From Chrysomallon squamiferum (taxonomy: Eukaryota > Animalia > Mollusca), in NCBI GenBank assembly GCA_012295275.1, contig CM022667.1, positions 11,656,001 through 11,720,000 of the forward strand: a stretch of DNA of 64,000 nucleotides, written 5' to 3'. The notes beneath the pieces are model-generated. The model had not been told where the DNA came from and did not search any database. It saw nothing but the letters and a program-made list of their open reading frames with translations. Made by a program: the position numbers and the translations under genes. Below are positions 45,001 through 57,048 of the stretch, in pieces; within the stretch, counting starts at the first letter, position 1; each line of letters starts with the position of its first letter.

Positions 45001-46929
45001 AAACATTTAATATATATATATTCACACACACATACACACACAAAAATATATATATATATACTTTCTTTTTTTTTTTTTGTTACATATATGTATCTATATA
45101 TTATTTCTTAATTCCATCTGATTGTTTATTTATTTATTTTATTTAATCTATTTGTTGACATAGTATTGTTTAATACATAAGCCTCTTCAAAAAAGTTTGT
45201 TATGTTTTCAACACTGAATTAAAATTTGTCACAGATTTTTAATATAATCTAACATTTTTCACTCATTAAAAAAATAAATATATAAAAATTCTCCAACCTT
45301 CATTACTTTACAGATAGTACCATATCTTGTAATGGGTTCAACAACTTTGGCTTCCAACCGATACGTCTAAAAGAGAAACACAGATAAAAATAATTACTTT
45401 TTGTTTTAGAAAACATTAATCGGGTTCTTTTTTCACTAACAGAATCCATACAAATTATGTAAGATATAGGAGAAGATTCCTCCTGCCAAATTCACAGGAA
45501 CATTTAATAATAATTAATACTGACAACAAAGCATACACTACTCGTTTTGATACACTGTTCATAGGCTGAAATGGAAAACAGCACAAGAGGAACTTAACAT
45601 TGACTACAACACAGTAAATACTCTGACAGTGTCATCCATCCACCATCCTCTCCTCCCTAAATACTAAGATATTTCTAGATTTATAAATATCTGTTGCTGT
45701 AGTATAAATATCTGTTGATGTAGTATGATAAGAACCAGTCTTACTTTAAAAACAAATGGTACATTCTTAATGTAAACTAGGCCCCAAAGCATTATTTAAA
45801 AAAATATGCATATTTTTAAAAATACTACTTCATGAATTACTCTTTCTTACAAACAAAATTTTTATGAAATCAGCATTTCTTAGTTTTCACACAAATACTT
45901 CTCATGAGTAAAGCTTTTTAAAAAACAAAATTTTTGTGGATAACCTCAGCATTTCTGTAGTCTTGTATTGCAGCAAAATGTTCTGCAAAATTCCTGATCT
46001 GAGCCCTGCTAGAATTGTTCACCGTTTCTGACTCCACATAACTCACAAGATGCTTTGCTAATATATCTCCTAAAATAATATCATTAATTTTAGAAAATAA
46101 ATATAACAGTTGCTGAAGCATGTAAAAATAAAATCTTGAGTAATCTTCAAACTAAAATTAATGAGCTACACACTGTAACTGTAATTGCTACCATGAATCA
46201 GATATAATTTTTCTTACATAAAATGAAAAGGAAAACATAAAGCTGCCATTCTTTAATCTTCAGTATGCAATAACAAATCTTTTATATATACATATACACT
46301 GAACATTTCTCTCAGACAAAAAAGAATAAATAAATCCTTGTAGACAGCAATAATGGATATTTAGTATCTAAAAGATAAATTATGTTTACCTTTATCTCGA
46401 AGTCTTGCATTTTTTCTTGTGATGGATCCAAGTACATCACAAATTAAACCAAAATATTTTTCCACATGAGCAACTCTTTTTTGTGAAAACTTAACTTCAG
46501 TCTCCCTGTAACATAAAACTTTTCTACATATTTAAGAGAACTAAAACATTTTTATTAAATAAAGTAATCTGTATAATTTCTTTAAATGTATTTTTTAATA
46601 GTACCATATATATTTTAGTTAATTATTTATCTTTAAAAATATATATATATATATATATATTGTAGGTGTCATAGTATACTAGCAGTCGAAGCTGTAATAG
46701 TTGCTAGTTGGGTAAATGTTGTGTTGGTAGTTTTAAATTTAGTAGTTTTAAAATAAGGTTAGAAGGAATTACATTAAGTAGATCATACATTATTCATTAT
46801 GCAGGTCTGAGCAAGTGGTCGTAGTTTACATTAGTTACCCGCGAATGCTATCAAATAAACTGTAATTTTTCAACATGTTAAAAATTATTATATTGTGAAA
46901 TTATTTATTTGATCATACTTGCGGCTCAT
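38102..46929 (-). CDS. FAM92/CIBAR family BAR-domain protein, paralog 2 (more divergent), ~315 aa
   Basis: Minus-strand exons 46929-46919, 46505-46390, 46069-45945, 45366-45298, 44893-44798, 44266-44261 (6 nt), 43801-43697, 43219-43106, 42440-42270, 40814-40791 (tentative), 38212-38102. Exon sizes 116/125/69/6/105/114 are identical to paralog 1. Motifs VEKYFGLIC, TRKNARLRDKGD, IQDYRNAE, RLEAKVVEP, VEMLFHARALE, and a poly-Asp tail ending KTPRT*. Confidence 0.92.
41195..41290. repeat. Short tandem repeat of CCTAGCAA(AATA), ~11-13 bp unit
   Basis: About 6 copies seen directly. Confidence 0.75.
44267..44797 (-). other. U12-type intron followed by a 6-nt microexon (GCACGG, Ala-Arg) in paralog 2
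   Basis: Donor GTATCTTT; branch TTCTTTAAC 9 nt before the exon; same position as the U12 intron in paralog 1. Confidence 0.8.
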
Positions 46930-47450
46930 TTTATTTTTTCAGCTTCTACAAGTTGCAGAGTTAATCATCCAATTTAGTATTTTGGTTTTGCAGCAAATAA
47001 ATAACTTGAACAGCAGTTACAGTAATTTAGAGTTATCTGCCCAGTTGTCATGCGTATTTGTGTCCGCCAAAATGCTCAGCTGCAAATATAATCAATAAAT
47101 AAATAAATAAATCTTAGTAATAATAGTAAAAGGAAAACAATAAATATCAAAATCGGTAAATGATTGCGCTATAAGATGTATAAGCGACTTTCAGCAATTG
47201 TTCATTACATTATAGAGTATTTCATTATATGATAATTTTTTAATGTTTCATAATTTAAACTTCGCACTTGATGAAAAATTATACAAATTTAAATGTTTTA
47301 TTCAAACGCAAAGAGCTCAGTTTCTGCAATCATAGAATATTTAAAATGTCCCAATAATAAAAGGAACACACATTTTATTTAGCTGATAGGCTTATTGTCT
47401 TGTGGAAGCTGTAACCGTAATAATGTGAAAATAGCGCATATCTGTAATAA

Positions 47451-47498
<48 letters not shown>

Positions 47499-47726
47499 TA
47501 TAAATAAATAAATAAATACAATTTTTATTTTTATAATGTCGATCTATGATGATTAAAAAGAAAATTTGACATCTACAATTTTTCAGATAGGGGTCTTCCG
47601 TATTATGATAGCAATTATACCAAACAAAACACCGCATTTCTTTATAAAGATTTCAACTTAAAGAACATCATATCAAACATTATCCAATAAGATGAATCTA
47701 AGCATGAAATATATCAAGATTTTTTT

Positions 47727-47781
<55 letters not shown>

Positions 47782-48171
47782 TACTGTTTTCTATTTATTT
47801 TAATTGTTTAAAATTTAATGTCTATCATGAGGTGATATTATTAACAGGACAGGTAAACATTTCTTTAACCTTATTTGAGACAATAACGATAACTCCGTTT
47901 GCAGACTCGCTTTAGCAAATCTAGATACTGACATAGTGAAAAAAATAATTAATAAACAAACAAACAAATAAATAAATAAATAAATAAATAAAGATATTAC
48001 CAGAAATGTCAAGGGGTTTTTTTATTTATTTATTTATTTATTTATTTATTCATTTTACTAGTATTTTTTTCTGAATTAATTAGTCTGCAGATTATGAATG
48101 ATAAGTATTAAATTTTTACCTTTTTTCTATCTTTTTTCTTTTCATTTCTTTTTATTTTCTTTTCATTTTTT

Positions 48172-48213
<42 letters not shown>

Positions 48214-49005
48214 TGTTGTTGTTGTTGTTGTTGTTTATTTTATTTATTTATTTATTTTGTAGAAAAAGATAATTTACTGATTGCCTTTTTAAGAAACTTC
48301 CATTACCGAAACTAAAACCTCTGAAAGTAAAACTACGGTTAACTCCCTTGTTTAAGAGAGTAATAAATCTATAAAGGCTGAGCTGATAGTATTTTTATTT
48401 CTTATGACCACTTAAAATGTTAAAAATAGAGACATGAGATGTAAAAATAATAAGCCGCGAGTGATAATTGAAAACCGTAAAACGAGATGATAATGAGTTC
48501 ATAAATATGATTGCAGCGCATATTTATATCCGTGACTTTTTTCATCTTTCTTTTTCGAGTTTTTCTGAGACTAGTTCAAGAACCAAGTTTGCACAAACAG
48601 TTCCTATTTTGGGAACGCAACCAGAAACTGACCGATAATAATATATGCAATCAACGTGAGCAAGTGGCAGTATATTTGTAGCCCATCTTGTGGACGATTG
48701 GGCCGAAACCTCCTGGAGATATGTAGTATATGACCTCTTGCCCTTTCTAAATACGCTAGTTGTACAAGCAGTTTAACATGTGTCGTATTCAGCGCAGTCG
48801 CTTTGGTTCCAGTAGAATATCTGATGTTTTAGTTATTTACCATTATTATTATAATTATTTATTTAGTTTGTTAAATGAATTTTGTTCTTGTTTATTTCTG
48901 GTAAAAGTTTATGCTTTAAACAGAAAACATACACAAAGTAAATATCTTCACATGTGAATCAGTTTTTATTATTATCTACACACACACACACACACATACA
49001 TATAC

Positions 49006-49039
<34 letters not shown>

Positions 49040-49096
49040 TAGTAAATTTATTTCTAATAAATAATGCATGAACAAAAATTTATTCTAATCGAAATT

Positions 49097-49170
<74 letters not shown>

Positions 49171-49881
49171 CCACAAAATTGCATTTGATAAATTACATTA
49201 ACGAGCACAAAAGTAAATCAAGTTCATTACAGATATATATAAATATCAGTGATATGTGTTTTCAATTAGTAGATTACTCGGTCGTAATAAATAATATAGC
49301 AAACGAAGATATAAACCTATATGTACTAAGTTCACCTGTATTACGTAATTCCAGATTTGGTCACGTGACCAAAACGCACGCAGCAACACTGTACTTGACG
49401 AATGTTGTTCTCAGCTGTTTTTTCCCCCTCCTCTCTTGTAAAAACGAAAGCAGAGAAATTTGGTTTCCTGGTTGAGTAGACCAGTCATGTTTTTAATAAA
49501 ACTGTCAGACATGATACTAGGCAATTTGAAGTGAGAAGCAGTCCTTGGCAGCAAACTTGTTATTCTAACATATTCGTATGTTCGGTTTTCTGTAACTGGT
49601 TGAAGAAAAAAATAAAAATAAAAATAAAAAAAAAATAAAATTAAATTAAAAAGAAAAAAAACTGAAAAAGAAATAAAAAAGAGAAATCAGTTGCTGTAAA
49701 TTTTTTATTTAATAATTTTTACTTATTTATTTATGTTTTATTTATTTATTTATTTTGAGGAGAAAAGGAGGGGCCAAATCCCTTGCAAAATAGATATGCA
49801 TAAATTCTGCAGGCAGCTTGTTTTAATATCAAAGTAATAAAACTAAAAAATTTTGTTATTTAGTTACTGCTTTCAGTAGGT

Positions 49882-49929
<48 letters not shown>

Positions 49930-49947
49930 ACAAACACACATACAAAC

Positions 49948-50026
<79 letters not shown>

Positions 50027-51263
50027 GTCTTTAAATAAATTCGTTCTTTTTTTTTTTCTTTTTTTTTTTTTTCTCTCTCTTTCTTTCTCATTCTCTCCAT
50101 CACCATCATTCTCTTTGTCAGTTATCAAAGTTATCACCACTGGGCATGTAACTCGGCAATATTTCACTGCACTTAACCTCGATTTTCCCATCTAAAGGTT
50201 AGCACGATCACGTAACACGGGTTTTATTTCACACCTTATTGGATCTTTCCGATCACGCCATGATAGCATCCATCAGCAGTGACAAAGACGTGTGCGAAAT
50301 AATCATTCTGCGTTTTAATCAACCTCCCCGAGGATGTGACGGAGTTCAGTCTAACACGGACTGCATCAGCGAAGTCTATTCGTTTTGTCACATCCTGATT
50401 ACGTCATGTCGTAACGATTATGTAACCTGTTACTGGTGAAGCTATCAGGAAATGTATCGTTTTTTTTTTTTTTGTTTTTTTCGTTTTTGTTTTTGTGATG
50501 GATTTTGTTTTGGCCTTATCCATACACACAGAAAGACAGATTATACATACACATATAAAACATCCTCTTTTTATTTTTTATTTTATTTACTTTTTACTTT
50601 TTACTTTATTTATTTATTTTTTTATTTTTTATTATTTTTTTTTTTTTTTTTTTTTTGGATCATTAATATTCTTGTGCATACATTATATACATATATTCCA
50701 CTTTTTTCTCAGATTCTAATAAAACACGAAGATGAATATAAAAGACAAAAAAAAAAAAAAAAAAAAAAAATGTGGTTCGAGACCAAAAACACTTTCATTT
50801 AATCTGGCCAACAGCATTGTTTACGAAAACTATTAGCCAGGAAAATGGATAAAGCCAACATCAGTGGTGGAACGAAGGACAAATCCAAGACCACAACCAG
50901 AAGTTACAAATCCCCATCTTGTAGGTGATTATTTACTGATATGACCAGCATGTGTGTTTATCCTATCTGTGATAAATTAATTAATTACTTTGGAATAATT
51001 ATTGCTGATACACATATATGTAAAGGGTGATGATCCTAGACACAGTTTTTAAGAAAACAAGAATATTAGGTCAAGGCCTTGTCAAAAGACGTTTCATTGC
51101 TGATTCTAGAACGGTTTGTTGTTATACTGTCAGATGTTAAACAAAAAAACAACATATCAAATATTAATGCTGCTTTTTAACTTTCTGTATGATGATAAAA
51201 CAATAAAATTATTACTGATCTTTTTAAAAGAAAAAGAACCTGTTTTGAACCCCAAAAGATATG

Positions 51264-51527
51264 ACTGGGTGGCGTGCAGAGGTCTGGTGATGCCCCAGAG
51301 ACTCAAGTGTAAAGCTTGGTACAGAAACATATTACGAGAAAGCAAGACAATTTGAACATGTAAACACAGATGAAACCTAAAATAAACACTTTATTCGATA
51401 TAAGTATAAATCAACCAGATTAATTAAGTTCTCTTCTCTGATTGGATGTACCAACCACCCCCCCATTTGGATGCCCGGGGCCACTGCCCGCATCGCCCCC
51501 CCCCCCCGTCTGCACAGCCACTGGGTG
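51264..51527. mobile_element. ~260 bp non-autonomous DNA transposon (MITE), possibly hAT-type
   Basis: Imperfect terminal inverted repeats GTGGCGTGCAGAGG and CCGTCTGCACAGCCAC. GC-rich subterminal block. An 8-bp direct repeat ACTGGGTG at 51264 and 51520 overlaps the ends. Confidence 0.55.
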
Positions 51528-53038
51528 CGTGTAAACACGTTTTCACGTTTTTTACCTCATCTTAGTCGTTTGTTGTGGAACAAGAGAAATCGAAAATGTC
51601 GACATTTCACATTTAAATGTCAGTTACAGAGAGCCAATGGTTTAACGAGGTCAAGGTTATCATTTTTGATTGGTTGTTATAAGATTTGTCTTAAAGTCAA
51701 ACTGTCGGTAAAAAAAATAAAATAATAATAATAATAACAACAAGAATAATAATAACAACAACAACAATAACAACAATAATAATAGTAATAAATGTTATTT
51801 GAATTTTTCTCTGTCCCGGTCCGGTAGTAAACAAATACATTTATAAAATTCTTTCTTTATTTATTTATTTCCTTTATTATTATTATTACTATTATTATTA
51901 TTATTATTGTTATTATTATTATTATTATTGTTATTGTTGTTGTTGTCATTCTCTGTCTATTTATTTCTCTCTCGATATATGTATATATAGTTATAGATAT
52001 AGTAATAAATTATATGAGTGCAAATATTTTTGTTTCTTACATAAAAATTAGAATCATACGTAAATATATTAACATATAAACCCGTAATTTTTGGTGTAAT
52101 TTACTACACCTAACATAAAACAAAACAAACGCAGAGCTGTCAAAACAAAGCTAACGGTTATATATTCCACAAAATCAATGTTGACAGTATTAACGTAGGA
52201 TGGTGCTCTTGAATACGAGGAGGAATTTATCCACACCTCATCATTTCTTTGTATTTTTTTTGGTTCTGTAATAAACCTGCGAGTGTATCTGATTGACATC
52301 AAGTGCAGTATTCGCACCTCCTACCGTAGCAGCGTAATAATTCGCACTCTGTCGGTTACAACGGTGATCCAGTCTATTAACACGTGATGGAAAAGCAAAG
52401 ACCACCAGCTTTTTTTTTTATAGAACTAACAGAAATGTGAACTGAATGACACACACACAACTGTGTACGAAATAATCTCTTTTACAACCTTTTGCTCTTG
52501 TTATACAATGTAAGAAACAGAGATAGATAATAAATAATAACTGTTTTCTTATTTATTTTTTTTTTTTTTTACTTATTTTTTATTATTTATTTATTTTTTT
52601 CTTATTTTTTATTATTTATGTTTCTTTTTGTTATGTAAAAGTATGTCCGTTTGTCTATCTTTTTAGATATCTGTATTACTCAGTGTCAGTCTCTGTCTTT
52701 CTCTGTGTCTGTTTGTCTTTAAGTCTGTAGTACCTGTGCTTTTTATATATATTTATTTTTTATTATTAATTATAGCTTTTTAATCTCTCTTTTTTTCAGT
52801 CATTGTCTTTTATCCGTCTTTATTTCTTTCTTAGTCTGTCTGTTTCATACATTCAGACAGACAGAAAGACAGACAGAGAACCATACAGGATTTTCATATA
52901 TAGAATTTAGATACCTGCCTTGCATTAACTAACACCTATTTAAGTCATAAAACGAAGAAGGTGACGGCCAGTTTATAGTAAAAAATTATTAATACACTGA
53001 AAACATTACGTGTTTTTTTTAAATTTAAATATTAGTTT

Positions 53039-53041
<3 letters not shown>

Positions 53042-53116
<75 letters not shown>

Positions 53117-53243
53117 TTTCATTTTTTTTTATCATGATAAGTAACACAATAACCAGAAAAGAAGACTGAAGAAACGATTACTATGTTTTGTCACTTTCCA
53201 AGTTAGCGCACGCTAGGCGAAAAGACTGAGTCTGTTATATTTT

Positions 53244-53303
<60 letters not shown>
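53042..53303. repeat. (GA)n and (GT)n microsatellites
   Basis: Seen directly at 53042-53113 and 53248-53303. Confidence 0.9.
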
Positions 53304-53305
<2 letters not shown>

Positions 53306-53879
53306 GTATGAGTGTGTATTTCCGTATTTGTTACGTGTATTGACACATGTTATATAAATCTGTCAAATACTATCGTCGGATCTGAAAACGGCTCATTAAG
53401 TACTATTTCTGTCTTTTGACATTCCGAGTTAAGCGTAACATAAAATTAAAGCCCAGTGTTTTATTCGCGGCAACGACTTCTCCGCGTTGCTGCAAGAGCA
53501 AACTGGTAACCACACACAACTTTTCTGTCGCTCGTTTCACTCGATGCGTAATTTACGGCTAAACGACATTGACAAATTTCTAGTTAGCGTTATTCCATTC
53601 TGTAATTATTATCTCAATTCTGCCTCTGCTAACAACGGACAGGGTGAAAACTAAGGCAACGCCTTTTCCCGACTAAGCATATCTGTCATATACTTAATGT
53701 TGCACGTAATGTGTATCTTTCTGTTGATATTTGTAATTACTACAGAAGAGACAATTTCGAGCGAGCAAGTCGATGGTAGATAATGGAGAGTATTCACAGA
53801 ATGATCATTTGCCCTTTTCTCGTTACTCTGTTTACATTATCTGGTTATGATTTCATGTTGTGAAGTCTAGCCCGAGGAA

Positions 53880-54072
53880 ATTAGGTTGTCAGATCGACCC
53901 TTTTCGATGCGCTAATTACGCGAATGTCCTTTCCAGCCAGTGTCCTGTGTGTTATTAGAAGGTTATTGTAGGTAGAATGTCGTCGGATCGATCCATCTGG
54001 GTGAACTCATTGAGTAATTTTTCGTTCCTTGCACTGAGCCACAAGTAATTTAGCACAAGTTCTGGTATGTTT
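53880..54072 (+). mobile_element. Two tandem degenerate copies of a SINE-like repeat
   Basis: GTCAGATCGACCC (53888) and GTCGGATCGATCC (53982), each followed about 40 nt later by a TTCC...CAGTG/CACTG motif shared with ~6145. Confidence 0.4.
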
Positions 54073-54205
54073 TATTTTTTATTTTTATTTTATTTTTTTT
54101 ATTACAACACTTTTGCTATCTTAGTCTAAAGATTTACTGCCGTAAATATTTGAGTTTATAAACAAGAATCAATCTTTCTCATACGGCTATATCTTAAATA
54201 AATCA

Positions 54206-54241
<36 letters not shown>

Positions 54242-54335
54242 AAAAGAAAACAATTTTTCAAAAAAGAATGAAAAAGAACAATGAAGAAGGATTGGCCATC
54301 ATATACTTTTACCTTCTTTTCTTTTTTTTTTTTAT

Positions 54336-54366
<31 letters not shown>

Positions 54367-54539
54367 CGACATCACCTGCCTGCTTTTGTTGTATTCTGAG
54401 AAATGTTTTGTTTGCACGTAATTCCCTGCATGTGAGCTTGTCGGAAGTCTGAGGTGAGAAAGTGGTAAAAGTGACTCAGTCGTATCAAAGTGTGGGTGTG
54501 TAAAACAGTCAGAGCATCACTTCACGTCGGTCAGCGCTG

Positions 54540-54608
54540 AGTCTACTTTTTCTCAAATTAGTCTACTCTTTCTCAAATTAGTCTACTCTTTCTGTAATTA
54601 GTCTACTC
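54540..54608. repeat. 20 bp tandem repeat (GTCTACTCTTTCTCAAATTA) x3.4
   Basis: Seen directly. Confidence 0.9.
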
Positions 54609-54710
54609 AGAAAAAAAATTAAAAAAATAGTTGGTTTAATGATTCCGTCAGTACATAATTCTGAACAATAAGTATAAAATTATTGTTTGTCATATTTATA
54701 AAAATAAATT

Positions 54711-54745
<35 letters not shown>

Positions 54746-54787
54746 ATTATTATTATTATTATTATTTTACTAATTTCTTTTTACTTT

Positions 54788-54819
<32 letters not shown>

Positions 54820-56839
54820 TTGTTCTTCTTACTGTTAGTGATGATAATCTTGTTGTTTTGTTTGTTTTTTTTTTTTTTTTTTTTTTTTTTTGTAGGAGGT
54901 CTGCTCTTAGTTAAAGTAAAATTAAATATGTTTTCAGAGGAACGAAGATTGAAGAAAGAGGTAGAAAAAAAGAAAGAAAACTGAACGAGTGAAGTAATGA
55001 CAACACAAGCGATTCAAGACAGAACAAACAAAAAAATGAGTTTGGTTGTGTGCATGTGTGTATGTGTGGCTGGGTAGTAAAGACAGAACGAAAAGCTCAG
55101 AGAAAGAGAGAGAGAGAGAGCGAAAAGGAGAGAAAAAGAGACATAGAAAGTGAAAGAAAGGAACAGACAGACGGAAAGAAAACGAGACAGCGAATTCATT
55201 TATACCTTTTATTTCGTTTACCTATTAGCAATAAGACAAAGCTGTAAAACAAGACATAAATCATCATTCAGTATTTTCTTGCCTGACTGCAAGAAGACGC
55301 TGGCAGCCTGTTCAGCTAATTACTAGGGTATTGTTTTCACACTGTTAGAACACGTCAAAAGAAGCACCGTGAATGAACTGTAGCATGCGCAAGCTCTTCG
55401 ACACAGCGGGTGCAGCTTGTAATGCTGTCATATGACGTCATTCATCAGTTGCGTCATTTCCGGAATGTGCACATGAGTGAGACTTGAAGTATTCTATTCA
55501 GTTTTACATTCATCCCGTTATGACTTAATAATTTTTGAATATTTATTCGAAAATTTTATGATTATTATGATTATTATTTTATTTATTTATTTTTAATTAC
55601 TTTGATATAATTTTGTTGTTGTTTCATTGTTGTTGGTTTTTGGGTTTTTTGTTTGTTTTTTATATGTCCCTTATAATACAATATTATTTGGGATTGCAGT
55701 ATCATCATCAACAACACAAACTACTACAACAATAATGATAAGAAAAAAAATTAAAACAACAGTAACGGCATAGAGATAGTAGTTACAAGATAAAATACAT
55801 ATACCATCACCAGATCAACAACCATTAATAACCACAATGCCAACAGCAACAGTAACGATAACAATAACAACAAAAACAACAATAATAACATATAGTTAGG
55901 CAGATAGATAAGCTGGATAGATAGATATCTTTAATAAAAAACAACAACAACAAAAAATTAAAATTATTATTATTATATATATATTTTTTAATGATTTTAC
56001 ATAGTTCAGAGACCGGAATTAAATATCTACTTAATTTTATAATTCCTTTTTGCAGCCAGGTTATGATACGGTTAATATTATCTTGAACTGTGTTTGATCT
56101 TTGAAATCTCGTGATTCCTGGAAAAGTTGTAATCTGTCTACCACGTGTTTTTTTTTTTGCTTTGAAAACATTTTTTTTATGCATCAGTTATAATCACATG
56201 TTAACATCACCGACATTGTGAAAACGATGTTGGCGCTGATGTTCTAGCGTAGTCGTGGGCGTGGTGGATGAGGTGTCTGGGTTTCACGCTGATATCCTCT
56301 CAGTAGGGGTACTTAGACACGATGTTGCGGTCGTTGTCGTGTAAAGCTGATAATACGGTATACAAAATTAAGCTAATCTTGTGGTTTTATTTTTTTATTA
56401 ATAGTAGTTTGTATTAAAACAACAATTTGTATCCAAAAAATTTGTATAATGATTTTTTTGTGTTGGGGGTTGTTTTGTTAGGGTTTTTCTTGGATTGTTT
56501 TCTTTGTTTATTTTCTTTTTTTGTCTTTAATTTTTATGTCTTTGTTTTATAACATTTAGAATACTCTTTTCTATTGGTAAATTAGAACAAAAATGTATTT
56601 ATTTAATAACACAACTGCCAGATTTTTGATATACACATAACTATGGCGTCTTGTTTATTCTTAAGAATCATAATTATAGGTGAAACACGGTCGCAGTGGT
56701 CTACACTGTTGGATTAGCAGAAAATAAAATATTTTATTTTGAACATTCCCATAATGAGACATTTCGCTTTGGCGATTATTGTTAATAGTATTTGGTAAAA
56801 TAACATCCGAGATTACAACCGTTCTGTTTTGAATCATTC

Positions 56840-56881
<42 letters not shown>

Positions 56882-56930
56882 TAATAAATAAATAAATAAA
56901 TAAATAAATACTCTATGAATCACGGTTGAG

Positions 56931-57048
56931 TCAGACACATGGATACATAAATAAATGCAGTCGTCGGAGTCGTCGCAGTAATCATCAACGTGGCATTCGT
57001 CGTGCTCATCACCATCAGTGTCAACGCCAGACGTACCCTCACACCTAT
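56931..57048 (-). pseudogene. Orphan exon homologous to the acidic WAP-derived exon of gene B; probably frameshifted
   Basis: Acceptor ATTTTATCAG in phase 1, as in gene B exon 3. RCEGTSGVDTDGDEHDECHVDDYCDDSDDCIYLC aligns to GIDTLFDELDECYNDYDCDDPDMECVGLC with 16/29 identities and many synonymous differences. The final TGT GTC TGA is out of frame. No signal-peptide exon was found. Confidence 0.55.

Noticed and set aside
47044-47057. X-box-like GTTGTCATGCGTAT upstream of FAM92 paralog 2
   Set aside because: Only one good half-site; too weak to call.
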